From Trichoplax adhaerens (lineage: Eukaryota > Animalia > Placozoa), in the NCBI RefSeq assembly GCF_000150275.1, contig NW_002060948.1:1139983-1203982 (forward strand): 64,000 bases of DNA, read 5' to 3'. The position numbers and the translations under genes were made by a program. Below, piece by piece: positions 40,892-53,600 of this stretch; the stretch's first letter is position 1, and each line of letters starts with the position of its first letter. Below the pieces are notes generated by a model. The model was not told the origin of the DNA and did not search any database. It saw only the letters and a program-made list of their open reading frames with translations.

Positions 40892-42737
40892 CTAAATAGG
40901 TCCTACAAATTTAAGAAAATAAAGGATGATGATATAAGACTGTTTATATGTAGAGACCTACAATCAATGTTTCATAGCGTTAAATAAATTAGTTAATCTT
41001 ACCTAAGTAATCTTGGTCTAGAGAACCAACGGCAAACTGAAAATCCGAATGAAATAGAAAAATTAAATGATGAAATTAATGATAAGAATACTTAATACAT
41101 CGACAATATAACTAGAGCCGACTTTGTTTATTATATATAAATTATTGCTATTACAAGTTGTTTTGATGATATAGCATTATAAAAGATGCTACATATTTGC
41201 CTCCTTAGAAAAGTAATGCTATCTATTACTTACGATATCCTTAACATCAACTCTTGTACCAACAATCTTTAGTCTAACTTCGTCGCCAGTTTGTACAATC
41301 ATATCCTAAATTACAAATTATCGTTTATAATACGGTAGTTACGTACTAATCAGCGTTGATAAATAACTCTAATAATACCTCATCTTCAGTCCTAAAACAA
41401 GGAGGGTTACCATTTGGATCGAAGAACATATCTCGTGGAATAGACTTAGAATAAATAATAAAAGTATTTATGAAATGTGATATTCCAGTTAACATTAGAC
41501 AAACTACCCTTTCAAGTTCTTTATATGCACTTACATATTTTGAGATGAAACAGGTTAAAGGTCCAACTTCAACGAATAATCCGACCTATAAGTAAAATCA
41601 AATTCTATAATATTGAATACTAGCAACTATTTAATAGATTCGTGTGAAGTTGAACAGCAGAAAGACGATGTTGACCTTATTTAATTGTGTTACGATACCA
41701 TCGACAACTTCGCCAGGGAAAGGTTTAAATACAATCGCCTGTGAGCGAATATATTGATAGGGATTTAATTAATAGCCACGATTTAGATAATTTTTCTACA
41801 ATATTCCATCCATTAATTGGTTCTTCTAGCGCATAACTAACCTTATAACGGACAGGATAAACTACAAAACCTGAGTTTGGTAATATTTTCCCAACACCAA
41901 CCTTATCGATAATGGTTACAGCAATAACAAATCCATGCCTACAGTAAATACACACATATTACATGGTTAGCATAAATTATAATCAACGAGAGTCAATGCT
42001 GATTGTTCTACCATCTAAAATATGGTGCTGATTACACAATTCTATCTACAGTTAATTAATCTACTTTAGTTATCGTCTGCAACGTAATATCCAAAACTAT
42101 TCGCAACAAAGGCAAAGATGCAACGCTTACATATAAGTCAAGTACTAAATGATTTGTGTTGCATGGTAGATAACGCATTTCTTTTTAAAAGTATACGTTA
42201 ATCACTCTATTTCTTGAATAGCTGATATTATAATATCGTTCTATGTAATTATCTACAAATTTTAGTGACAATTTCATAACAACATCAAATCTATATTCTC
42301 ACAGTCTAGGGCAAATACGTATACAAGTCTGAGTAACAGTAAACGTGTACGGAAATTAACTATTCTGAGACATAAAATATAGAATAGATTATACATTTCC
42401 TCAATAAAAGCAATAAAAATAATCAATCTATTGCATGATTGATAATGTAATATGACAAGATCGCGGCATGTAACAAGTTCTGAGCAAAATAATTCTACAT
42501 CCTGTTATCAAGACGACATGATGGCCGGACTTACTTGCCACTGCAGGTACCTTCGACTTCACTGAATAACTTCCTTCGAACAGTATCCAGTAAGTTAGGC
42601 CCAAAATAACGGGGATGTAGCGTAATTTCATGCTCTAATGTCACCTTTAGGTGATAATAGAAGATAAATTGACGATTAGTACTTGTAAAATATCAACAAA
42701 TAAGTTGTTAATCACATCAACTTACATGGAAGAACAT
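40892..42737 (-). CDS. POLR2G: RNA polymerase II subunit RPB7, 9 exons
   Basis: MFFH|[45 protein letters not shown]...[37 protein letters not shown]...[33 protein letters not shown] at 42735-42737, stop at 40892-40894. Confidence 0.97.
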
Positions 42738-43021
42738 CTTTCCTTTCTTCACCGAATGAAGTGGACTAGCATGGCGCATGTGCATTCGATCCTACGGCCA
42801 CATTGCCTAGTCGTAGACTCGTGAATTCCCTCTACCGACGTATAGTGTACATAACTATCTTATCTTATATGCTTTACTATATCTTGTGGACTAGTACATT
42901 AAGCACATGCCTACAGTCGATGCAAATACAGTGTACTGTACACAGTACTGTAGACTGTACTGTACAGTATCCTGTACCGTAGCGTTCAGGCGTCAGACGT
43001 TGAGACCGCACCGGCTTCAAG
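42738..43021. promoter_or_regulatory. Bidirectional promoter region between RPB7 and MRPL4
   Basis: The divergent ATGs are only 284 bp apart. The interval contains a CAGTA/TACTG cluster (~42925-42980) and an NRF1-like GCGCATGTGC (~42774-42783). A YY1-like CAAGATGGC overlaps the MRPL4 ATG. Confidence 0.75.
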
Positions 43022-45213
43022 ATGGCTTTCTCCTACTTTGCATCGTCTGTTCGATATCTATCAAGATATATATATCAAGGCCCCCATTTAACGTCTACAG
43101 GATCACTTAGCAACGTTGTTCATTCTACAAAGATGAGCAAGGTATAATATAGAGTAGATATTGATCTTGCATGATCGATGATGAGATGACATTGTACAAC
43201 ATTCTTTAAAATTTTTCCTTTTGCACGTTTACAGGCATGGCCGAGATTAGCTTCAACAGCAATCCAAGAGAATTCTTTGATACATAATGGTAACTATCTT
43301 GCTTATACACTAGCTTAGGGTAGAATTGGTTCTGCATCTTCATAGTTTACTGTAAATTACACTGGATGATACTTTATGCAATTACAGAAATTGCATAAGA
43401 AACCTTTATGCCTTAGCTCTAAGTCAATCATAGTGCTTTAGTCGGTACTCAAGCGTACTGTAGTAACAATTTTAATAATTGAACGTTCAACGTTAATCTC
43501 AATTTTCACTAGCAGCGTGATATATGCTTTATAATAGAAGTATTATGATACCATGGTAAATTAACTGTGTTTTTAAAGCTTAAATAATGCGATTTAGTCT
43601 CTTAGGTACAACCTTTCTGTAATCCAAAGCGGTAATTGAATGTGCAGTAATATACAATGTAGTATAACACAGAGTATTTACTAATGTGGATAATTTGTAT
43701 AAATTGATTTTGGTAATCCTTTTATTTGCATTAGCTGATTTAAGCAATGATAAGGAATATCAAACTTATAAACCGACTATCCCACAAGCTTGGTTTACAT
43801 CATTGGATGGGCAACTCAAGGGTTTAGTTGAACTGGATAGGAGAGTCTTCTTAGCAAATCCGAGGTAAAACTACCAACTATTTTTGGTCCAATCGTTTAC
43901 ATACTAACGTATAAATTCATAATTTTACCCTTTAATTACATTTTTACAACAACCTTAGGATAGATATCTTGCATCGTTATGTCGTTTGGCAGTTAGCAAA
44001 GAGAAGAGCGGTAAAGCTTTGTGCTATTACTATACGTCTGATTATAATTATGTTAACGCCCTCGATTTATACAAGTTGGTATCATCATTGCACCTAACTT
44101 TCATTTTCCTGTTGATGATAGGGTACTGCAAAGACGAAGAATCGAGGTGAAGTTAGAGGAGGTGGAAGAAAGCCATGGCCTCAAAAAGGCTCAGGAAGAG
44201 CTAGACAAGGAAGTATCAGAGCTCCACATTTCAGAGGAGGTATTAAGAATTTTGTTTTAGCGAAAATTTTATTGACACTACCTGATGATACTTTAGTTAT
44301 CCACTAAACTTAGAATTTAATCAAAGCGTAGTGTTGCATAGTATTCACTATGCAATTACGGTATTATATTCATGCAGTCTTTAAACAGGAATCGTAATTT
44401 CTTTAGGTGGCACTGTTCATGGACCTCGCCCTCGCAGTTATGATTTCACCTTTCCTCGTAAAGTTAGATCTATGGCAATACGTGTTGCGTTGTCGGTCAA
44501 ATTTGCTCAAGTATGTGATATATCATGAATTTTACATAGTATAATATAATCAATGATTTTATCAATAATATGATGACATCGTTCTTTATAGGGTGATTTG
44601 TATATCGTTGACTCATTTGGTTTGGAGACCCACAAAACACAAAACTTAAAGGACTTACTCGATCAAAGAAATTGGTATAGCGCACTTCTTGTAGATGGGT
44701 AGGTAGAACATACACATTTGTAGTGATAATTTCGTTTTGTATTATTGATTAGGATTATACTGTATGAATGACGTCAAAATTTAAGCTAGCATAATTAAAT
44801 GAGTTACTTACCCTGTGATATTACTCCTAGTAATACATATGTAGATGAAAATCTTAGACTAGCTGCAAGAAATATTCAAAAGTGCGATGTCCTACCTAGC
44901 TACGGTTAGAATCAGAATCATTACCCAAATGTGTTTAAATCTCCTCTTCCGACTGATCTAGTTGTTAATTGATACTTCAACTCTTTTTTATGCCATTCAA
45001 TTATATTTAGCGCTTAATGTACATATGATGCTGAAAAGACATGCACTAGTTCTATCCCTTCCTGCATTGAAGATATTGCAAGAACGACTTGTAAAAGATA
45101 TAGCTGAACCCGCTTGGGATAAATATGATTTTAAAATGACATCATTAGAATCCATACCGGAAAGTAATGATCAACTACAACTGGAAGAATCAGAGGAATT
45201 TAAAGAATCATAA
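43022..45213 (+). CDS. MRPL4: Mitochondrial ribosomal protein uL4m, 9 exons
   Basis: An S/R-rich leader without acidic residues ([18 protein letters not shown]...) is consistent with a mitochondrial presequence. It is followed by the bacterial-type L4 core [69 protein letters not shown] and [14 protein letters not shown]. Stop at 45211-45213. Confidence 0.95.
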
Positions 45214-45577
45214 TACCGAAGAAACGGACTTTTTTAAAAACGATTTCTTTGCTAAATTTATTTATTAGTATAATTGTAGAAGAGTCATTGATTTCAAACA
45301 GTCTATTTTATAAATTCTGCATTGCTTCGATTTTATACAAATATTACCTTATCAAATTATATCGTCTGCTAAACAGGTCTAAGTACTTAAGAATTAATTG
45401 TATTGTGTCTGATATATAATGTATATGTACAATAAAAGATTATGGACTGGGCTTCAATTATATCATTAATTGTCGGTAGCCAACAGCTCGTATAGTACAT
45501 GATAATCATACTGCTAATTCCATATCAACACTACATATATTTTTTTATAAAGCCAAAGTACAATTGATGGAAGGTAG

Positions 45578-48500
45578 CTAAGCCATTCCCGCTCGAATTT
45601 CCCATCTAAGTGCCTTCCGTTTCTTATCAGTCGGTACAATGTAATCATTTGGAGCATGGCATTGATGTGGCCTCTAGAATAAAATTATTAAAAAGTCAGC
45701 TTGGCACAAAGATGCCGCTCATTATAATTGTAGTACTCACCGATTTAGGAGGATCATATTGTTGTATAAGTTGTTCCTATACCAGTTATAAATGAGATTA
45801 TACAAAGGACAATCATTAGACGCAGAACGATGTATTGTAAAATTAAAAAATACTTAAAACATAAATTATGTACATAATAGAATCTGATTTTGAAAAGGTA
45901 TACAGTAGGATTTTAATTTAAATATCTGTTTACTGATCATATATCCCTGTTCCCAAGGTTTGAATTTAATTTATAGTAGTAATTAATATTCCTTACCCTA
46001 ATTTGCCATCGAAGGACTTTGTGATTTTTTTCTCCCGGTACTCCTCTTGATCTCCATTCATTTGCATACCGATGATACCTGAATAAGCAATGGAAATTAT
46101 AACTTTACTGGGAATTACTTATTAAATAATTAGTAAATGCTTATTATTACGTTGCAACAGGGTCAGTTTTTTTCAGGTTTCGAGTGTGAGGATGCGTTGA
46201 AGATGGACGAATAACTGAATTAATTAACAATAAAGTGAAAAACTTAGAGACACTGTATATAGTAAAACAATCATGCTTACGTATAATTTATATAACTGCA
46301 TTAAAATTTGTATTTTATAACTTACAGGAAGGTAGAACTTTCACAGAAGATTGAGGATAGTCTGTCCAGGTCTGCTGAAAAAAGTCAATATCTATTTACA
46401 TGATTTTTTTGTAATATCTTATCATCATCAACAAATCCATCCGTAGAGATTACAGTATATCGGGAGTAACTACAAACCTCATCGCTAGAAAATTTAGCAG
46501 CTTCGTTTGGCGAAACTGATCTTCTATCACGATTTAAGTTTTCTGCTGAATTGCTAATTCTGAATCTATCTGTATAGGCAGATTTTGCACCGTCACGCTC
46601 ATCTGTAATTATTGAACCTGCAATAATTTAATCCAATTGTTATTGCTAGCATTTGGTAAAAAACAATTCATTTGGCTATACATCTTTATCAAAATAAGTA
46701 TATTGTAAGCAATATTATATTTACCAGCTTCGCTTTCAGTTCCTGATTCATCAAATACGCGCGATTCTCCATTGTATTTTCTAAACAATGATATTTTAGT
46801 TACGTAAAATTTTATTCCTGCATTAGTGTACGCATGCATTAATGTTATTCATAGAAATACCTTAAAACTTTTCGTTTTAGTATTGGTTTTCCTGCAGAAG
46901 GTGCAATCGCTGATGCTTTACTGATATAGCGATTGATATTTCCTCTATTATTATCAGCTGATTCCTTATAGTAAGAGAAATTTTCCTTGTCGCCAATAAT
47001 GTTTATCTAATATCAAGAACAGTATCATTACTATCAATGCTGAATCTTGACAAAAGTTTTATGCCGCTTACAATTATCCTCTGAAAATGAGGAGATGCTA
47101 AATAATACGAAATTATAGTATCGAACACGTAAAACATTTTGTTACTCCATTGCAAGTGAGTGAATTGAAGATCACTAAGAAGATATATATTGGGGCTAGA
47201 ACTAATTATATTAAATTATACAAATTTAAGTACTTTATTACTACAACTTTCAAATTGTTTAACGTTATCCATCACCTACACATACTCATATAAGGCAGAT
47301 GATAGAATTACAGATTTTGCAATTTTTCCATATTTATACAGTATAAAAAGTGGATAACGAGTTATGAATTACCGATTTTCGTTTGGGTACGGAAACTTCT
47401 TCGGTAATTTCAGAAAGTTGAGGCCTTGTATCGTAATCTAGATGAGGAAAAAGCGATATTTGCAATAGTAAAGTGAAATGTTTTAATACCGGGCTCAATT
47501 ACATAGTCTATATAAATTGTGCCGTCTATATACCCTACAGCATAGTATACCGATTATTCTCTTAAAGGATTTTACGAAATTACCGTAAATTTGTATGGGT
47601 CAGAAAGATTCTTTACTGAGTATGTAGTGAGTAACCTTATCACACATTCGACGGCATGTGAGTTAACATAATAGTGTAGCTAATATTGTGCTCTTACTTA
47701 GAGGTTAAAAATACCGGGCACATAATTACAATTGATGATAACAATAATTTCTATTCGCAGTCTAAAGTTTAATACAAAGTCTCTTACTGTGCATAAGGGC
47801 AATACAGGTATGTATTTCGGTTATATATTTATGTACAATGCACAAATGGTTAATTACTAGTAGACAGAAAGGCGTAAGAAGTAGCGTAACATAGTGGAAT
47901 AACTAAATGTTCAATGTAAAGTATATGTACAAAAATATAAGGTATCTGAGGCCTATCCTGCTTCAGTATGATACTGTATATCGACATCAAAAAACAACTG
48001 AAATGATTACATGATAAGTATGGTATACAGCACTATTTTATGTATCTACTGATGCTATAAATGCCATTCTACAGTATACGAGTATACGTATACGTATTAA
48101 TCAGTATCATAAGGTCTTTACAAAGCTCCATCTTACCGTCGTAATAATCGCGATCACCACCATCAAGAATATAGTCATGCGGATCGATAGAAGGTGTTGT
48201 CATAGTGCTGCTACTGCTAAGCAAACTATTTCTCTGTCTTTCATGTTTCGCCAAAGTATTCAAGTCTATAGCATATTTCAAAGAGTGAGGATACGTAAAT
48301 ATGGAAATAAATAATACAGTCAATATAATTATCCTGAAAGATACAAAGACTACTGTCGCTATTGTCAACCCAACTAACCTTAAAGTTATATTGGCGTAGG
48401 CTAAAACTAGTACTGTACATATAATGTGAATTTATCGATGGAATAATGATTTAGCCTTAACTAGAGTCTATCGGAAGAAATTTAAAATTGCATACTTATT

Positions 48501-48912
48501 GGAACGTTTCCTTAGCTAGTAATGGTGCGATTAATCAAGTCACTTTTTCATTGATTTTGGCATGGAGTTACATCAGCGATTCAATACGAATAGTGTATTA
48601 AAATGAAATGGTAACAAACTATTTGTAGAAATAAAGGATACATGATCATGCTTTTACTACCAGTCTAACTAAGTGATAGGATCATGCACATCTGCAACCG
48701 GACTACGATAGCACAAATTACAACACTCGATTAAAAAAGATATATGACAAACAGTAACATCTTCTCTTAATATACTGTATGTACGTATAGTACGTAAGTT
48801 AGTAATTACCTTCAGCAAATTTATCCAATTTATTCTTTGGTATCTGATTGTATCCAAACGATTTGAGTTGCTTTTTAATTTCTTCTAATGAGAATATACT
48901 CTCTTCATCCAT
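45578..48912 (-). CDS. HYLS1: HYLS1 centriolar/ciliogenesis protein, 11 exons plus a possible microexon
   Basis: N-terminal FSLEEIKKQLKSFGYNQIP, central ILKRKVLRKYNGESRVFDES, and a C-terminal HYLS1 box SFIRP...KKTDPVATYHRYANEWRSRGVPGEKNHKVLRWQIREQL...PNDYIVPTDKKRKALRWEIRAGMA*. Stop at 45578-45580. Confidence 0.9.
47072..47080 (-). other. Candidate 9-nt microexon (RII) in HYLS1
   Basis: Minus strand CTCCTCATTTTCAG|AGGATAATT|GTAAGC. It sits in a phase-0 intron and leaves a 65-nt downstream intron. Confidence 0.5.
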
Positions 48913-50369
48913 TGCTCTTCTTTTAATATGTATTATTATGATTGCTCTACTTTCCAATAAAGTAAGAAATAGAATTGACAATTTAGCACCGATAGATAAG
49001 TAATAGCAAATGACAATGCAACTAAAATTGCAATAACAGCAGTTACTCCTACCAAGACAATAATTGGTCTATTTTTCGACGATTTATATCGATAATAGTT
49101 GAATCAGCGTTTTGAATCTATCTTCTTCTTGTCGCTTTTTGTTGTGCTTGGGTGTGTATGGATCAGCGAACGAATGTTCAATTCCAGGACAGTCGAGTGC
49201 AATTTTGCAGTAAATAAATAAATAGTTGTTTATCCAGATGCTATCTTATCTTAATGTGTAGCTGACTGTGGTAAAAATACGAAAGGCAAGTACTCCAATC
49301 GAACTTTCACTATGGAATCAATGGATTAAAATATGGAAAATGGGTCAAAATTTCAATCCTGCAATGTTCAAATGGCCTTAACTCTCTCACCGATCCTAAC
49401 CAACCTAAATTGGCTGTTGGCTTTGCCTCTTTTCTACTTGTCGGTTATAACGAGCAAAGTTAAAATTGTGGGATATTCAATTTGAAAGGTTTTGACGCGA
49501 CTACGCACGCGTACCAGGTTCACTTCTTGCTTACAGTACAATATATTGTGTACCATAGTCCTGCGGTACTGTACACTGTAGATTACGAACGAGCAATCAG
49601 TCCGAATAGGACCTATCCCCCAATCTGCCTCTAATGATTGTTCATTTACAAGAATAGAAAGACAAAAATAAAGTAAACACGCAAATGTATATTTTGATCG
49701 TGGAAAGTCTAGTGATATCTACAACTGCTGGACTCTAAACAATCTTCGCAACGTATTTTTTAATGATCGGGGCATTCTAGTGGCATCATTTGGTTGCACT
49801 GCACTAGAATACTCGTTATGTAGTCATTTAATCTGATCATGTATTTTCAAACGATTACTGCTTTATGCATTTACCTATATCAATGTTGAGCAGAAATCTC
49901 ATCTTCTTTTATACGGTCTATTGTAGTACAACTCGATGGCAACTTGTACTTTGAGGTCGATGTTTTTGTACAAAAAAAAGGACATTATCGTCGACTGTAC
50001 TGTATCAGTAAAAGCTGTTGCCATACAAATTTTTGTATTCGAAAATTCTATTTTACGATGATTGCCCCTCGTCCTCGATTCAATCATCAAGACTAAAATT
50101 ACTTTATTACGCTAACAATTTGCCCACATTCACGTGCAAGATAAATCGAAATCGAATATGTCGATTAGTCTAATTTTTCCATTTTGCGACGTCACTAGTG
50201 TAATATTATTTGTGTTGCGTCAAAAGGATGTCAGTAGATTGAGTAGGATAGAAGTTATTTTTATTTCTGTTCTTTTTTACTTTACATTATCACTGCCAGT
50301 TCATCTTAGTCTGGACCTTAAACAGGTGATTACTGGTAATTCCTCGTAGTCCAATGGCTGCACAAGTGG

Positions 50370-50590
50370 ACATACTGTACTGTACAGTATAGTAGTCAAG
50401 ATGTGGAGAAAAGATCTAGGCTGGTGATGATGACGTGATGACTACCGAGTGTTGCTCAACTTAGGAACTCTGTACAGTACAGTACAGTACTGTATGTACT
50501 CACAGTACTATACTGTGTACGATAGCGCTTTAGCACGTACTGTACACTGTAGTAGCATGACTGTACTGTACGGTATACTGTACTGTACAC
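50370..50590. promoter_or_regulatory. CAGTA/TACTG motif cluster immediately upstream of UROC1
   Basis: tactgtactgtacagta at ~50373 and tgtacagtacagtacagtactgta...tactgtactgtacac at 50471-50590, ending ~90 bp before the ATG. TGACGT occurs at ~50431. Confidence 0.55.
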
Positions 50591-50680
50591 CCTCGAGCGT
50601 GTTGGACCACCTAAAGACCTCCGCGTTAGTCATTCCGTGATCTCTCCTTGCTTGCTTAACAGCGACAACATTGGTCTATC

Positions 50681-53600
50681 ATGGCGACTTTGAAAGAAAT
50701 TTGCTCCGGATTGCCTGTTGATCCATTGCCACCACCACCTCCACAAGAACGCGATACCAGTGTTCCACATGCGCCAGTTCGTAAAACTAACTTGACTTTT
50801 GAGGAAGAAAAGGTATAATTTCAATCTGTATCTAAAGGACTTGTAATGGCAGTGTAAGACCATCACTTGACTCGACACTCTACAGCTTAGCTAAATTGAA
50901 TAAAATACGATGGTAGTATCCATACATGATGATATTGAATGTACTATATAGTGTACACCGAAATCAATGACTTTCCTGTGCAATGGGATGATACCATTTT
51001 ATTCAAGGTCTGTCGATTAGAGCTGCCGATGCAGTAGTTCAATAGCTAGCAATCGAAGCCTAGATGATCGCTTGCTCTAATTATGAGAGGCGTTGACATG
51101 GATCCGTATACGCTTATGTACATCAGTACATGTAGTATATTTATTTTATTTTATTGTACTACTGTACTATAATCATAATCAATAAAATTGCCTTTTATAG
51201 GAAGGTAAAGTGTTATAATGTTCACTGTACGGTATGATGGTAAGGATTCGTAATTAAAAATGGCTAAACAACTTTCCATGAGCAGTTTCTATATTGCCTT
51301 TCATATTGATAATGATGATATCCAAGCCTATATTAACGTATAGTAATGATGACTTAGAGCAAAAACAACTGTAATATCTTAAAACGCCTTGGTACGGTAT
51401 TACTCTTGAAGTAACTAAACTACTGTGTATATGTTACACATACATAAAATGCTAAAGTTTGTTGATACACAAAATGCTAAAGTTTGTTGATACACAAAAT
51501 GCTAAAGTTTATCGATACATAAAATGCTAAAGTTTATCGATACACAAAATGCTAAAGTTTGTTGATACATAAAATGCTAAAGTTTATTGATACACAAAAT
51601 GCTAAAGTTTGTTGATTGTCAGCAAGGCTAATTTTTGCTAGTACAAATTCTACTCCGAAAGAAACATCAGTAATCAGAACCTAAAATAGATCACTGCAGG
51701 ACTATAGCATAAAAGAGGATAACCATGATTATGCTGAAAAATAAGAGCTTAAACACAATATTAACTTTGCTTTTTACTATTGAAACGTAATATTTTGCTA
51801 TAGTGTAGTATAGTAGCCAAAGTTGACCCACTGATCAATTCTTAATAAATATAACTGATATAAATCAATTAATTACAAGCACATAATAGTAATCGTTCGC
51901 TGCACACAGGTGTGAAATTGTTAATTGTATGCATCTATAGAATGTATACTAGTGTTCATACGTATATAACGATAACGATATTACTGCCATTTTATCTTAC
52001 AGCTTGCATTGAAAAATGCCCTTCGTTATTTCCCAATCGAATACCATCCTGAGTTGGCTCCTGAATTTGCCTATGAACTAAAGACATACGGCCATATTTA
52101 TATGTATCGATTTCGTCCGGCTATTCCAATGAAGTAAGATAAATACATTAGATTGAAAATGATGATGCACGTTCAGTCCTTTCTGTAATATAGTAATTGA
52201 GTATAACTAGGAACGCTAGCTAATGAGATCGCGTTCTGCTATCTTAATTACAATTCTGATAGAATTATGTAAACTCGATTCCCATTCCTATCTTATTTAG
52301 ATGGCATCTAGTTCTGAAATAAGTATTTATAAAATACCATCTCATTATAATTGTAAATAACAGAGCCTATCCGATTCATGAATATCCAACCAACACGAAA
52401 CAGGCTGCTGCAATCATGCATATGATTATGAATAACTTGGATCCCGAAGTAGCTCAAGTAAGAATGTTCAACAAACTTTTTTGATATCTACAGGATCATA
52501 CAATAATTAATCGTTATATTTTATACATTACTATAATTATAAAATGATAATGTATGGTATTCCTTTAGCCTCCCTCTCATTTTATTTGTAGTTTCCGCAC
52601 GAATTAGTAACGTACGGGGGCAATGGTCAAGTTCTGTCAAATTGGGCACAGGTACGATGAGATGCTATCAAAAGTATACAGTTTTTACTTATTTACAAGT
52701 TAAATCTTATAATATGAGAAGAGCTACAAAAAATAAATAAGCCAACATAACGATGATGCTAGTGCTTATACCCAGTGATCTGGTACTTGTTGTCTAATGT
52801 CATTCCCAGGCGTAATAATGCTAAAAATTGGTGATAAAATTTTACAAAATACCAGTCGTATGAAACATTTTATTATTTCTAGATATTTTTTTCATCGCTA
52901 ATTTGTGTATGAGCGTTATATTACATTGTTTAGTGTTGTACGTACATTTAACATGATTACATTAATGTACTAACTATTAGCTTTTCATTTACCGCAAATG
53001 GTAAAGTTTTGGATATTGATGTACTATTTGGCGGAAATGAATGAAGATCAAATGCTGGTTATGAATTCTGGTCATCCACAAGGACTCTATCCAGCCTTTC
53101 CGGATTCTCCAAGACTTGTTATTTCGAATGGCTTGGTAAATTTATCCATGGCCTATCATGTTCTTTACTAAAGTTATATAATTGTATAATTTACGCCTAT
53201 CCCTGTGAACCTTCTTCATATCGTCGTTACATCCAGATTTATCAATCTATCTTTTGTATCTAGGTTATTCCTAATTACTCTTCTCGTTCGGACTATGAAC
53301 GGATGTTCGCGTTAGGTGTTTCAATGTAAGTGTACAGTTCGTATTTTAATTTATAGGTAGAATGCTGATAAAAAATTTCCTACTACATTTCAGGTATGGA
53401 CAAATGACTGCAGGAAGTTATTCTTACATTGGACCACAGGGAATAGTTCATGGTACAACGGTAAAGACGCATTATATAGGATAAAACTAAAAACTATAGT
53501 GCTATATTATTTTGCCGACCTATACGCTTCTTAATTTGATCAATTGGACTAAGCCAAATAAAAAACTTTCACAGTTTCTATTCATTCATATCGGTAGAAG

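Noticed and set aside
42770-42810. tRNA-like TTCGATCC motif
   Set aside because: No cloverleaf, A box or acceptor stem. It lies in the RPB7 5' region.
43515-43560. Possible microexon in MRPL4 intron 2 ending at ATG|GTAAAT
   Set aside because: Every nearby acceptor gives an in-frame TGA.
49930-50030. X-box half-sites (ATGGCAAC, GTTGCCAT) upstream of HYLS1
   Set aside because: Only half-sites, over 1 kb from the ATG and beyond the presumed promoter cluster, so too weak to call.
51441-51615. CRISPR-like appearance of the 25-bp repeat
   Set aside because: The units are contiguous with no unique spacers, the context is a eukaryotic intron, and no cas genes are present.
52159-52259. Possible C/D snoRNA in UROC1 intron 2 (ATGATGA...CTGA)
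   Set aside because: No convincing terminal stem or rRNA-complementary guide, and the boxes are frequent by chance.
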